Below are positions 1-11,100 of a stretch of DNA of 46,780 nucleotides, piece by piece. Within the stretch, counting starts at the first letter, position 1, and every line of letters starts with the position of its first letter. Below the pieces are notes generated by a model. It made no database searches. It was given only the letters and a program-made list of their open reading frames with translations, and was not told where the DNA came from. The stretch lies in IMG/VR virus record IMGVR_UViG_3300037851_000296, positions 1-46,780 of that record. The stretch is one strand, 5' to 3'. The stretch is from a virus. Its lineage: Duplodnaviria; Caudoviricetes. The translations under genes and the position numbers were made by a program.

Positions 1-196
1 TTTCCCTCCACATAGGAACTTTGGTTCCTGGCTGAACGTTCTCTAGACCAGCTAGGATATCTGGGTAGTCTATAGCTGTGGTGGGAATCTCCTTCCCTGC
101 ACGGCTCGTGTAGGACGGAGGGGTGAGTATCCCTGGTCCTATGTCTTCACCCACCCGTGCAGCTTCGATATAGGACGGGGCTCTGCCATCCCAGCT
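1..196. repeat. Terminal direct repeat, copy 1 (circular assembly overlap)
   Basis: 1-196 is identical to 46585-46780 except T128/C46712; it lies inside a coding region. Confidence 0.95.
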
Positions 197-1540
197 TAGC
201 TGGTACGTTCCTTCCCAACCGAACTGCTGGTATCCCCATAGCCTAGGGTCTAGGGGTATATGACTAGGATTCTCTATCACATCGACCATAGCTGCGTAAT
301 CATCAGCACTCTTCAGTTTCATCATCTCATCGTTCATCGCTTTCAGGGTCAACTCACGAAGGTCGATGAGAGCAGAACCGTGTAGAGCCTGACGCATCCG
401 CATCACGCTCTTCTGAAGATTATGGCGCACCGAAGGTCTATAGAGACGACTGGTCCTTCCGAGCAGGGGCTGAGCCTGGTCGAGCAACGCCGCCAGGACC
501 AACTGGTTCCCATAGTCTAGGGCCTCTCCCTGGCCTAGCGCAGTAACCAATCTGTCCTTCAATAGTTGTGCTTGCTTAGGGTCAGTGATTCCGGCAAGAG
601 CTTGTTCGACAGCTGGTCCGACACGGATGTTCGTACCGGGTATGGTATCGGTAGTGAATATCCTGTGAAGCCCCATCTGTGCTTTACGCACGAGAGGATT
701 CACACTCATCTTTACTGGAACGGTCCCGTACTTCAGGAGTTCTTCGGTCGTTGGTACATATACACCACTCTCTGTCAAGAGCCTAGCAGTACCAACATCT
801 TTCATCCCGCTACCGATGGGACGGAGAATCATCCCAGGTCCACGGAACGGCAAGAGTTTCTCAGCGACCCGTCCTACAGGTAGAGCACGAGATACAGGAC
901 CTATCTTCGAGAGCAACTGAGCGCCCTTCCCGGCAGCACCCGGAGCCCCTGCCACCATCAGAGCGTCTAGACCGTAGCTCACAGGCTTCTCATAAAGCTG
1001 AGTGAAGAACTCAGGAATATCCAGCCTTATGAGTGGACCGTAACGGGTCTTCAGGTCCTCCATGATGGCTGAAGGGGCATCTTCGCCTTCAGGCAAACCT
1101 AGTTCCGTAGGTATCCCAAGGTTGTTGGTACCTGTTGGCATCCATGCGTCATACCCGAAAGCCCCTCCTACAAGGGCCTTCGCTGCGATAGGGTCTTGTT
1201 CTATCTGTTGTTCTCCGGGAAGAACTTCTGCTACGCCTTTAGCAACATCGTGGGCTCCGTATTTCAGCAGTGTGCCAATTCCACCAGCTACCAACCCAAG
1301 CCCACTAAGGATGTTCTTACTGAACCCTAGAGGACTTATCCCTTGTTCTATAGGAACAGAAACCCCTGGTTCGCTTTCTATCGTTCCAGCGAACGTAGGT
1401 TGTGGTTCACTCGGGGTAATCTGGGACAGCGCAGAAAGGGTAGGAGAAACGGTAGGAGACACCAGAAGTGTTCTCAGTGTCTTCTTCGGCGTAGAACTCT
1501 CTATCAGAGCTTGCCGTAGTTGGTCGATGTATTCAGTCAT
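1..1540 (-). CDS. N-terminal part of the giant internal virion/DNA-ejection protein (continues across the junction into 46584-42356; ~1922 aa total)
   Basis: Hand translation from ATG 1540 (MTEYIDQLRQALIES...) is open to base 1 and in frame with the 1460-aa ORF; the start overlaps the stop of the upstream gene; missed by the ORF track. Confidence 0.85.
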   Translation of the reverse strand, partial: MTEYIDQLRQALIESSTPKKTLRTLLVSPTVSPTLSALSQITPSEPQPTFAGTIESEPGVSVPIEQGISPLGFSKNILSGLGLVAGGIGTLLKYGAHDVAKGVAEVLPGEQQIEQDPIAAKALVGGAFGYDAWMPTGTNNLGIPTELGLPEGEDAPSAIMEDLKTRYGPLIRLDIPEFFTQLYEKPVSYGLDALMVAGAPGAAGKGAQLLSKIGPVSRALPVGRVAEKLLPFRGPGMILRPIGSGMKDVGTARLLTESGVYVPTTEELLKYGTVPVKMSVNPLVRKAQMGLHRIFTTDTIPGTNIRVGPAVEQALAGITDPKQAQLLKDRLVTALGQGEALDYGNQLVLAALLDQAQPLLGRTSRLYRPSVRHNLQKSVMRMRQALHGSALIDLRELTLKAMNDEMMKLKSADDYAAMVDVIENPSHIPLDPRLWGYQQFGWEGTYQLSWDGRAPSYIEAARVGEDIGPGILTPPSYTSRAGKEIPTTAIDYPDILAGLENVQPGTKVPMWRE

Positions 1541-2247
1541 CAACCTGCTCCTGACACCATCCCAAGGGTAGCGGGGTTAGAGTAAGCTTCGGCTGCGAGG
1601 GTGGCTATCGCTCTCGCGTTCGCTCCGTACATAGAAACGTATTGTGCTGTAGATGGGTCTTGTGCTATGATACCGAATATGAGGTCAGGAGTAGGAACCA
1701 CTCCTGATTCTACGAGCATCCCAGCAGCGTCCATCGCTACCTGACGGACTTCAAGTGGATTGAACAAGTCCTGTTGAGGGGTATACATCTCCGGGAGAGC
1801 GGGTTCGTTATACCTCTGGTTCAACTGGTATATCTGCTCGCTCGATGGAGCATCACCGAACTGTAGGTCGGCGAGACTCGAACCTGCGGATGCAGATGCA
1901 GGCAGATTAGAATAATCGAACAGTGGAGATGGAGTGCCTCTTCCGTCAGGGTATAGAGCCCGTACGGTATCTCGCAACGTACCTACTTGGTTCGGACCCA
2001 CCATGTTTGCAGCATCCCAGGCGTTCACCTGAGTCATCGCTGAGCGCCTATCGGGGTACATCGTGGCTGTGCCTTCGAGCGTAGCTGCAAGTTGCTGAAG
2101 GTTCGCTTTCCTGGTAGCCGCTCGTTCTTGCTGAGTAGCTATCACATCACTGAGTATAGAGTACCCTTGAGATGGGTCCAACCCTCCCTGAAGAGCCGCG
2201 AGGAGGTTCGTCAGGGTTGTGGTTTCATATGGATTGAAGTTCACCAT
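1540..2247 (-). CDS. Putative ejection/internal virion protein
   Basis: 235 aa, A/Q-rich, GGAGG RBS, tightly coupled within the late operon. Confidence 0.55.
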   Translation of the reverse strand: MVNFNPYETTTLTNLLAALQGGLDPSQGYSILSDVIATQQERAATRKANLQQLAATLEGTATMYPDRRSAMTQVNAWDAANMVGPNQVGTLRDTVRALYPDGRGTPSPLFDYSNLPASASAGSSLADLQFGDAPSSEQIYQLNQRYNEPALPEMYTPQQDLFNPLEVRQVAMDAAGMLVESGVVPTPDLIFGIIAQDPSTAQYVSMYGANARAIATLAAEAYSNPATLGMVSGAG

Positions 2248-2249
2248 GA

Positions 2250-3290
2250 TTATCCTCCCAGCCAGTTAGCTATGATATCCAACAGGGTGACTGGGGTATC
2301 GAGTAGACCAGGCTCGTAGATATTACTGCCACCTTCATATTCACTGGTGTATGTGCGTGTACGCCGAGCCCTACGGATAGCTTGCAACATCCCTCTGAGC
2401 ATCTCAGGGGTATAGGGGCCAGGAGGAGGTGGGCCTATCTCCTGCCGATACATCTTGAGGATTCTAGATTCTCGTGAGTTGCCGGTCTCGTCGGTAGCAT
2501 AAGGTCCGCCCTCACGGATAGCGGTATTCGCTTGCTCGTTCACTGTGGGTTCTTGTTTCTTCTTAGACCCGGATTTAGTGGTGGTTGATTTCACGTTATC
2601 GGTAGCTAGCAGACCACTTATCTGACTAGACAAGAACTCATTGAGAGCTGCGTTGGATGCAGCTTCCTGCTGAGCAAGTGCCATCTGTTGACGAGCGAGA
2701 CGGTTCTGTAGGTTCTGTTGACGTATCTGGTCCATCCGCTGGCGTATCTCCACCGGCATGGTGCTCGTTATGCCCAACCTACGGTCCCTCATCTCTTGGA
2801 GGAAATCCTTGTAGTCTTGCACGAGGTTCGTCTGTGCGGTCTCTCGTTCGATAGCACCTTGGCGTTTCGCAGAAGTGGTATACCCGAGGTTTCGCTGACG
2901 CTGGGAAGCCAGGAGTTCTAGACCCCCGGCTCCCAGCGTCCCGTACAGCCCAGCAGCTGCGGCAGCCTCGCCCGCCGGAGTGCCGTAGGCTATACCTTCA
3001 GGGGAACCCTCAGGCGCAGGTTCAGGGTTTGCTGTACCCAGCAGTCCCGCTAGTCCGCTTAGCTGCGTATTCAGCGTGTCAGCGATGTTGTTGGAGATTT
3101 GATTATACTGAGGATTCAACCCCTGAAGCTCATTGATGAGACCACGGTACGCTGAATCAGCGGCAGCCATATAGTCACCGAACTCGTTCGTACCTCTCTT
3201 GGTTTCCCTCTTTATCGCTTGGAGGGAAGGCTTGTTCGAGAGTCGAACGTCACGGGCTGCCTGACGGTAAACCTTCCGTCGCCTAGCCAT
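2250..3290 (-). CDS. Putative ejection/internal virion protein (coiled-coil)
   Basis: 346 aa, basic N-terminus, Q/A-rich helices, GGAGG RBS. Confidence 0.55.
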   Translation of the reverse strand: MARRRKVYRQAARDVRLSNKPSLQAIKRETKRGTNEFGDYMAAADSAYRGLINELQGLNPQYNQISNNIADTLNTQLSGLAGLLGTANPEPAPEGSPEGIAYGTPAGEAAAAAGLYGTLGAGGLELLASQRQRNLGYTTSAKRQGAIERETAQTNLVQDYKDFLQEMRDRRLGITSTMPVEIRQRMDQIRQQNLQNRLARQQMALAQQEAASNAALNEFLSSQISGLLATDNVKSTTTKSGSKKKQEPTVNEQANTAIREGGPYATDETGNSRESRILKMYRQEIGPPPPGPYTPEMLRGMLQAIRRARRTRTYTSEYEGGSNIYEPGLLDTPVTLLDIIANWLGG

Positions 3291-4332
3291 TTCGCCCTCC
3301 CTTGTTCCTGTTCTTCTTACGTCTTCGAGTACGTTTACCTGTTACACCTTCATATCCCCATTGTTTCAACCCGAGAGGAACGTTCTGTGCAGCAGCAAGA
3401 GCACGCTGTATCAGAGCTTCTATCATCTGTTGCTGGTAGTTCAGGTACGCTTCCCCTTGCTGAGAAGCGATGTCTGCGTACTGTTGGGCAGCATTCATCG
3501 CTAGGTCTTGACGGTTCCGCGTGTAATCTGCGTTCAGTCGAGACCAGTCACGGGTAGTGGTACCGGAATCATATATACCTCGGTCTACGAGACTTTCCCG
3601 CAGCGCAGCGGTATCTATACCCTGCTGGGTAGCCATGCGTTCCAGAGCTAGGTCCACCATCGGCTTTATCTGTTCTGCGGCTACTCCGAGAGAAGCTAGT
3701 TGTGCACTCAACTGGTCTTCGTACTGCCTCATGGAAGCCTCGTACTCAGGAGTCAGAGGAAGCCCTGCGGCTTCTGCTGCGGCCTTGATAGCGTCCGTAG
3801 AAGAGCCTGTCGTGGTCTCTGAGGCTCCCTGGGGTATACCACCAACCTGACGTGCGCGAGCCGCAGCAACGCTCTCAGGAGCTTTGAACGGGGCTATATG
3901 GAACCCGAGGTCCCTGAGATATGTTCGTTGGTCATCTCCGAGGTATCCACCTTGTTTCGATTCCCTAACGGCTCTAGTGGCTTGCTTCCGTCCAAGTTGA
4001 GTGAAGAAGTTCAGAAGTCGTTCATTATCTCCGGTAGAGATAGCTTTATTTACCAAGCGGTCTACCCGAGGACCTGCGTTACCAAGGGCGAACATCGACT
4101 GATTCCCGTAGAACGCAGGAGTACCTGTCTTGTCACCGAGTTTCGGATACCAGTTATAGTATCCTTGTGGTTCTGGGCGTAGGTTCTGGAAGAAGTTAGA
4201 CTGGTCCCGTCTGAGGTCAGGACGCCCTTCGTTGTGGTATGCCTGCCCTCTCTTGCGGGCCATCCACGGCTGAGACGCAGCCGTTAGCTGGTTCTTCTTC
4301 CTTCCCGGCTTTATCTCTCTAAAATAGGGCAT
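3283..4332 (-). CDS. Putative ejection/internal virion protein
   Basis: 349 aa; 'RGIYDSG' segment followed by Q/A helices, as typical of podovirus ejection proteins; position after the nozzle gene. Confidence 0.55.
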   Translation of the reverse strand: MPYFREIKPGRKKNQLTAASQPWMARKRGQAYHNEGRPDLRRDQSNFFQNLRPEPQGYYNWYPKLGDKTGTPAFYGNQSMFALGNAGPRVDRLVNKAISTGDNERLLNFFTQLGRKQATRAVRESKQGGYLGDDQRTYLRDLGFHIAPFKAPESVAAARARQVGGIPQGASETTTGSSTDAIKAAAEAAGLPLTPEYEASMRQYEDQLSAQLASLGVAAEQIKPMVDLALERMATQQGIDTAALRESLVDRGIYDSGTTTRDWSRLNADYTRNRQDLAMNAAQQYADIASQQGEAYLNYQQQMIEALIQRALAAAQNVPLGLKQWGYEGVTGKRTRRRKKNRNKGGRNG

Positions 4333-4896
4333 CTACTGTACCTCACTTTGTTCGAGCGTCACATACGCTATCGCTTCCCAATCATTAGTGGTAGGGGCGT
4401 AAGACCCATCTGTCGTGATGCGAAGGTCTATCTCTGAGTCTGCCGACCATCCGTAACTTCCTTTATTGAACTTCGCGGTATAATACCTCTGACTCGGAAC
4501 GGTTGCGATTGCTGTCGTCGCCACTCCGTCTATGAACAACGTAACGGTCATCACACCTGCACTCTTCGCTGCGGTCCCTGAGAATCCTAGAGCGAGTAGA
4601 GAGCCTCGGAATGGCATCGTAACCGATGTTGCTAGCCCGCTCGGAGAAAGCATCTGGACGTTTGTTTGTTCTGTGCCGATATTATCGTATCTGAACGGTA
4701 TAGACAAGATACCCCCAGACCCTATCTCAAGAGCGTATGCTAGTTGTTCTAGTTCTTCGATAGATTCTGATGAGATACCATTATTCACCCTACGGTACGT
4801 TACAGAGCTGCCAGTACCACTCACACCCGTCCCTGAGTACCACTTTGACCCGAATCCTGAGGTATTGAAGCTCGTTACTTTCGTCTTCGCTGGCAT
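4333..4896 (-). CDS. Putative structural/tail protein
   Basis: 187 aa, beta-rich, coupled to its neighbours. Confidence 0.5.
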   Translation of the reverse strand: MPAKTKVTSFNTSGFGSKWYSGTGVSGTGSSVTYRRVNNGISSESIEELEQLAYALEIGSGGILSIPFRYDNIGTEQTNVQMLSPSGLATSVTMPFRGSLLALGFSGTAAKSAGVMTVTLFIDGVATTAIATVPSQRYYTAKFNKGSYGWSADSEIDLRITTDGSYAPTTNDWEAIAYVTLEQSEVQ

Positions 4897-7022
4897 CAGC
4901 GTCTCGGTTCTACATCGTATGCGAACATCAGTTCTTCGATGTCCATGACACTTGATTGTCCGCTCGGGACCGTCTGCTCGAACCGGAACTGCACGTAATC
5001 TATCCCCGAGGCTCCACCTACATCTAGCCGTTCACGGTAGACCCCAGCTTCAGGCCAGGGACCGATGGTGTCTCGATGAATCTCGGCCCCGTTTCCGTAT
5101 GTATAGACCGTGATACCTGTCTGAGACGCGGTGCCTCCGCGCTGGCGAACCTTATACATCAAGTGCCGAGGGGTAACCTTCGTACCAGGCCCGACGGGCC
5201 ATAGTTCTGAGGTCCACATCTTATAGGTTTCAGTGAGAGTGTCGAAATCCTTCTGTAGACCTGTGCCTGGGATGTTCCGATAGCTGAGTAGCGTACCGAT
5301 GGTGGCGTTCTTTGGAGCCATCAACTGCGTGTAATCGTAGTTATAGAGAACCGCAGGAGCTTCAGCGGTATTATCGTGTTTCTCCTGATACCATACCCCG
5401 GTACTTAGGTCCAATGACCACACGGTACCCGTACCAGCATCCACGACACTGTATACATCATTGATGAAACTGCTACTCGCCCAGGTCGTGATTGCGTAGG
5501 TGTCGCTGATGGGGCGTGATACCAGTGTAACTTCGCCAGAAGAGTCTGCCATCCATACATGCTTCACACCTGCACACATTACCCCATAGGGGGTCGGCAT
5601 CAGCGACCGGCCGGGAGCCACCCCTCCAACCGGCAGGCGTGTTAGCGTGAATGTGTCGGGGCCAGAACCCGTTAGATACCATAGTGAAGTCTTCTTTCCT
5701 ATGAAGAGGGCATTACGGAACGGGACGATTTCTTCGATAGGTTCACCATCATCTCTACCGATGTCGATATAATCGTTCGCCCCCCAAGTGGTTTCATCAT
5801 TGATATTAGAGTAATACAGACGGTAAAGATTAGTGGCTGTTCCTCCGGTGAAGAGTCGGTTCTTGTGAAACGCTATACATCTCCCGGCGGGAGCATTAGT
5901 AAGTTCTGAAGCACTATCATTTAGAGGGTCGTATTGCCTTACGGTTGCGAACCTATGACTCGTGTAGAAAGTCTTCTTTAGACCTGTGGTAAACGCTACA
6001 GGGTCTGTGTTCACTGCCGTCGAAGGGGAGATGGTTTCTACCAGAGACCATGCTCCTGTCGAAAGGTCATTCCCTTCTTTACGATAAACCTTGTAGTCCG
6101 TAGATTCAGCGTTCGCCACTAGATACTGCAAGTCTAGGCTGGTTGTGACCTTCTTTACAGGAGTAAGGACGATAACACGGTTTGCTATATAAAGCGTTCC
6201 ACTCGTAGCTGTGGCAGAAAGGCTCGGGGGGTCTGTGGTTTCGTCAACCTTTACCCAGGAAGAAGAGATAGCTGCATCAGGACCACTCCATGAGGTATTG
6301 AGGATACTTGTATATGGAGAAGAATGAGTAGTGATTGCCTGAGCATTATTACCAGACGTAGCACCAGCGTCGTTCGATGCTATCGGTATCAGGATAGATG
6401 GGTCCTTGGTTATCGTAGTTGAGGCGAAATCTACTGTTTGGGGAGTACTTCCTGTTGATTGACTCTCTGCTACCGCAGTTACATCATCTATGTTGGTCCA
6501 TTCCATCAAGATAAGAGCCATGGGAGTAGATGAGCCATTAGTGAAAGACTCGCTCCCGCTTCTTATTGCTGAGTTTATAAGTTTGTAAACAGTGATAGCT
6601 GTGGTAGTTCCCGTTGTTCCTACCAAAGTCCATCCGCTAGGTGGGGTTATCGTACCTTGCGAGATATATGCTGCTTTCGGACGGACTAGGATAGCTAGAA
6701 GGTCATTGTTATTAGTGGTACTTACAGGCCAAGATACAGCGATGCTGGTACTTGCGTCAACCGTACCAGTCGCCTGTTGAACGAATAGAGGAGTTTCATA
6801 AGAAGGTTGACGTGCTGAGTACCCGATGCCACGAGCCACCTTCGTAGAAGGTGCACTCGTGGCGCTCGGCTTCAACCAACCCACGCGGGGTTTCAGGGAG
6901 CCAGAAGCATCGGGTACCCAGTTCTCTAGTTTCGCTGCGAAACCCGGAGGCATCATAGAATCCTCGATATGCCCGAGGAGACCCTTCTCCGAAGTTAGCG
7001 GCATTACGCGATATTCAGTCAT
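4896..7022 (-). CDS. Tail nozzle/tubular protein (P22 gp10 / T7 gp12-like beta-propeller) with an inserted domain
   Basis: 708 aa; N-terminal 'LENWVPD..GSLKPRVG' and 'IAFHKNRLF...LYYS' motifs; position after the adaptor. Confidence 0.7.
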   Translation of the reverse strand: MTEYRVMPLTSEKGLLGHIEDSMMPPGFAAKLENWVPDASGSLKPRVGWLKPSATSAPSTKVARGIGYSARQPSYETPLFVQQATGTVDASTSIAVSWPVSTTNNNDLLAILVRPKAAYISQGTITPPSGWTLVGTTGTTTAITVYKLINSAIRSGSESFTNGSSTPMALILMEWTNIDDVTAVAESQSTGSTPQTVDFASTTITKDPSILIPIASNDAGATSGNNAQAITTHSSPYTSILNTSWSGPDAAISSSWVKVDETTDPPSLSATATSGTLYIANRVIVLTPVKKVTTSLDLQYLVANAESTDYKVYRKEGNDLSTGAWSLVETISPSTAVNTDPVAFTTGLKKTFYTSHRFATVRQYDPLNDSASELTNAPAGRCIAFHKNRLFTGGTATNLYRLYYSNINDETTWGANDYIDIGRDDGEPIEEIVPFRNALFIGKKTSLWYLTGSGPDTFTLTRLPVGGVAPGRSLMPTPYGVMCAGVKHVWMADSSGEVTLVSRPISDTYAITTWASSSFINDVYSVVDAGTGTVWSLDLSTGVWYQEKHDNTAEAPAVLYNYDYTQLMAPKNATIGTLLSYRNIPGTGLQKDFDTLTETYKMWTSELWPVGPGTKVTPRHLMYKVRQRGGTASQTGITVYTYGNGAEIHRDTIGPWPEAGVYRERLDVGGASGIDYVQFRFEQTVPSGQSSVMDIEELMFAYDVEPRR

Positions 7023-7237
7023 CAGTCTTTCCCAACCACTAGAAGCGCGATAGCTTTCTGAAGGTCGTCATAACTGAAAGACGTTCGCCCGTCTAGAACT
7101 TCTTGCGCTTTCATGAAGAGCGGGTCTATATCACGGTCCGTGTGAGTCTCGAAGTTGGTATCTATGCCTCCGAACGCAGGAGGAAGAGCATACCTATCGA
7201 GGTTCTGTTTCGCGGAACGTATACGCTCGAATGCCAT
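7022..7237 (-). CDS. Hypothetical protein
   Basis: ATG 7237 (MAFERIRS...) with GGAG RBS, coupled to both neighbours. Confidence 0.6.
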   Translation of the reverse strand: MAFERIRSAKQNLDRYALPPAFGGIDTNFETHTDRDIDPLFMKAQEVLDGRTSFSYDDLQKAIALLVVGKD

Positions 7238-7899
7238 CACTCTAGCTCCCCACTCATATCGACCCACTGTTGAAGTTCAGGAGCTGTAGGCTCCGCGAGG
7301 ATACTGATGGGCGAAGATATATATTTATCTTTCCCGATATTCGGAACAGGAAGTTCCCGCTCGTAGTCCGATAGGAACCTATCTGCTTCATCTATCTCCG
7401 CTTCCGCATACTTCGCCTGAGCTACGGCGAAACTGACCATCTTCAACTGAAGTCCCATCGGAAGGGTGCATGTGTCTGTCGAGTCGTCAAGGTCCGCAGG
7501 TATATAGCTGAACCTCAGTTCATACGTGGTACCCGCCGAAGGCGTGGGGTATATCTCGATGTTCTCGTCGAATACCCTAGCCAGCGTTCTCGGGGGAGAT
7601 TCGGCTGCATCTTGGTAGCTATCGAAGATATCTTCATTCGTGAACTCTACCCTCTCTGTAGTATCTCCGCTCGTAAGCGTGAAACTCTGAGGTGCTACGA
7701 AGTCGGTAGGTAGAGCAAGGGTAGACACGCTGATGCTGCCGGTAGCTTGTTTCGTCATAACCTTAGTCCTGAGACACAGGTCTGCTTGGGCCATATTTAG
7801 CCAGGCAGCCACCATCTCAGGAGAGATGAAGTTACGTTCGGAATCTCTGAGGAGGTTATAGACCCTCTGGCGCATCTGTTCTAGTGTGAAGGCCATCAT
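7237..7899 (-). CDS. Head-tail adaptor (podovirus adaptor-like)
   Basis: 'TLEQMRQRV...WLNMAQ..LC...LPTDF...IYPTP...Y' pattern typical of phage adaptor proteins. Confidence 0.7.
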   Translation of the reverse strand: MMAFTLEQMRQRVYNLLRDSERNFISPEMVAAWLNMAQADLCLRTKVMTKQATGSISVSTLALPTDFVAPQSFTLTSGDTTERVEFTNEDIFDSYQDAAESPPRTLARVFDENIEIYPTPSAGTTYELRFSYIPADLDDSTDTCTLPMGLQLKMVSFAVAQAKYAEAEIDEADRFLSDYERELPVPNIGKDKYISSPISILAEPTAPELQQWVDMSGELE

Positions 7900-7905
7900 C
7901 TATCC

Positions 7906-8196
7906 TTACGTATCGAACGGAGTATCTTCGACGAATATCGTACCTGCACGCGCGGCAGCAGCAGTTCCGGTCCCTTCCCACTTCCATCGCCAGGTACCCT
8001 CTGAAGAAAGGGTGTATACCTTCGAGAAGATACCTGTGGAGTCCTTCGTGATGGTCCCTCCCCCGTACGTGTAGGTGTCAGTGGTGCCGTTCGGACGATA
8101 CAGTTTCAACGTAACGGTCGTGGGGTCCGTGAGGGTCCCGTCCACACGAAACTCACATCTGAACTTCGGGCTGTCACCGACGTAGTATTTAGCCAT
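7906..8196 (-). CDS. Small Ig-like structural protein (fibre-associated)
   Basis: 96 aa; 'DPTTVTLKL..P.G...STGIF...GTWRWKW' beta-sandwich pattern. Confidence 0.55.
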   Translation of the reverse strand: MAKYYVGDSPKFRCEFRVDGTLTDPTTVTLKLYRPNGTTDTYTYGGGTITKDSTGIFSKVYTLSSEGTWRWKWEGTGTAAAARAGTIFVEDTPFDT

Positions 8197-11100
8197 TCGA
8201 TGCCTCTGCTTTCACGGTACGTTCTACGCTCGGCGTAGAGCGGTTCAGTTCTATACTCGCTTTCGCTTGATGTCCTATCGTTAGGTACGCGATAGCTTGG
8301 GCGAAGACCGCTGCTATCGCTCCGGTTATCGTTGCTGCCGGGAGCGTGGGGTTCGCTGTGAGAACCGCTGCAAGGATTGCTATATCTATCCTAGCTGCCG
8401 GAAGAACCGGGGTCGTCGTGAGAACGACCGCAACTAGCTGAGCAGTAACTGCGGCAGCAGGCAAGCTCGGAGTTACCGTTAGGACCTGAGCTGTAAGGGT
8501 GTAATCTATCCGTCCAGCCGGTAAAGTTGGAGTGGTCTCCAACACCACTGCATTGATGTTCCCAGAACCTGCATCGTTGACCGTGGCTGCCGGGAACGAT
8601 GGGGTCGTCGTGAGAACCGCAGCTAGTATCTGTAGGTCTATCCTCGCTGCCGGGAGGCTCGGTGTGGCTTGCAACGCCACCGCGATGATAGAAGGACGTA
8701 CCTCCGCTGCTGGCAACGTGGGTGTCGTGGTGAGTACGACAGCGGTATGTGTATAGTTAAGCGTTGCGGCAGGTAGCGTTGGGGTTGTCGTCAACGCTGC
8801 GGCGAGTATCTGATTGTCTATCCGTGCTGCTGGTAGGGTGGGTGTGGTGCTCAGGACCACAGCGTTTATCAGAATCGTGACGTTCGCAGCGGGGAGGGTT
8901 GGAGTAACCGTCAAGACGGCTGCTTGTATCTGACGGTCTATCCTCGCTGCTGGCAGGGTTGGGGTCGTTGTAAGCGTGACTGCCAACATGCTGCCGATAG
9001 GTTGCCCCCTGGTGGTAGCATTCCCATCTGTTGCTGCGTAGATGTCTCCATTCGCAGCGTAAGCAAGGGCGAATATCGTCAGAGCCTGCTGTGAATATGT
9101 GACATCGGTAATCTGGTCCCAGTTCGCACCGTCATCTGTAGATTTCCACAGCCGACTCATCTCTGTAGAAGATGGACGGTCGTGAACGAATAAATCTCCT
9201 GAACTGTTTATCGTTAGCGCACCAGGGGACGTGATGCTCGCGGCTCCTACCTCGGTCTGTGCGATGGTTCCTGTCGATGCGTCTATAGACCCATCGTGCG
9301 CGTTCGTTATCTTGAATACTCCATCAACGGCAGAGAGAAACAGAGTGTTCGCTGATGGGTCTTTCACGAGATACCCAGTGTGTTTCGTCCCAGAGAGCTT
9401 GGTCCATATGCGGCTCCAAGTAGCTCCGTAATCGTTGGACCTCAAGAGCCCATACTCTGGATAATAACACCACACGTACTGACTGGTACCGTTCCAAGCG
9501 AACTCAACATGGCGGTTCGCCGTTGCGGTTGCGGGGATGTCGAAGACTTCTGACCAGCTACCGCCAGCCACCCTGCTATAGATACCATCACCGTCAGAAA
9601 CTATAAGCACAACTTCTTGCGATGACCCATTCTGTCCAACAGCTACACCGACGCTCCTGTTAGACGGGAATCCGGTCCCTCGTTCGTTCGTCCATGATGG
9701 AGCACTAAATGGAGTAGTAGCCTTGTAAAGACCACCTCGGCTGTTAGTATCTCCATCTCCTAGCGCCGCCCAGACATTGTTACTAGCATCTAGCGTTAGC
9801 TTCCACGCTGTATCTACCGTGCTATCGTCGAGAGCACTAAGACTTTCTCGATGAGCGGTCTGCCATCCATCACTTGTGCGGACGATACACCAGTCGGCAT
9901 CGCCCACCATAACGTAATCCTTGTTTGAAGAGTGAGCGATAACATCACGCTCGATGGTAGCCCCAAGTCCATCGACCGCTGGGTACCATTCCGGGGTCGC
10001 TGCAAGCCAGTTCTCTGTCCACCATATACCTGAACGTCCTGCGGAGTAGGCGTAAGACCCATCCACAACGATTGAAGCACAATCGTAAACGCTCTTGCCT
10101 AGCTTGTAGAAATCTTTGTCGGTTCCTTCGACGAGCCACCATTGAGGCCCGCTGGAATCTGTTATCGTTTCATTGACATTACCAGATAGTGAGATACAAT
10201 CCCAGCTAGAACCAGTGTTCGTTGACCGGAAGAGGCTTTCCCGCCACGCGGTCTCTGACTCGTCGGCGACTGGGTTGCAACAACCAACCAGGATACGGGT
10301 ATCAGACCCGACACGTTCCACGTCTATAGCAGACCATACCGAGGTGGCGATGTCCATGTCTGCCGGTGTTAGGTCGGTCCATGCAGAGGTATTGTTGTTC
10401 CATTTACGGATGCCGCTGTTACCAGCAGCGACATACACCATCGTAACACCACTTTCGCTTACGGCTACGCATTCTTGAGCAGTTACGAAAGCGGAAGAAA
10501 TCTGAGTCGCTGTGGCACTTCCAGTGGGACCATATGCATTGGTAACTCGATAAACACCTGGGTTGGTTCCACCATCTACGGTTACATAGATAGTATTATC
10601 TGCGTTCGGGTCTTGAGCTATGCTAGTAACGTTTCTACCGGAAAGGGTACGGCTAGTGAAAGAACTACCACCGTTCGTAGACCGTTTGATACCATCGAAA
10701 GTACCTATCAATATGTAGTTAGAATCAGTTGTACGCTGAAGTATCAGTGACCCCGTTTGCCTCGGGTGAACGTCACCGCCTGCTTCGGGACCCCATCCTG
10801 TCGAAGTCGTGGTGAGTCTCGTCCAACTTTCACCATCGTCGATGGACCTGAAGAAATATATAGCTCCACCAGCGGTTCGGGTGCTGGTAGCCATGAAGTA
10901 AAGAATGTTCGGATTCGTTGGAGATTGGTAAACGCTAGCTATGCGCTGATGCGCGTCTGTAGCCAGTCCTGCGTTCGTCGCTGCCCATGTACGCCCGTGG
11001 TTCAAGGAACGAGATACACCTGCTACATCTGAACCAGCCCACACGTATCCCCGCGTAGTATCCTTGATGATTACGTTCTGGAATCCAGCTCCATCAATGA

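Noticed and set aside
1-196. Biological direct terminal repeat
   Set aside because: It falls in the middle of a continuous ORF, so it is best explained as assembly overlap of a circularly permuted sequence
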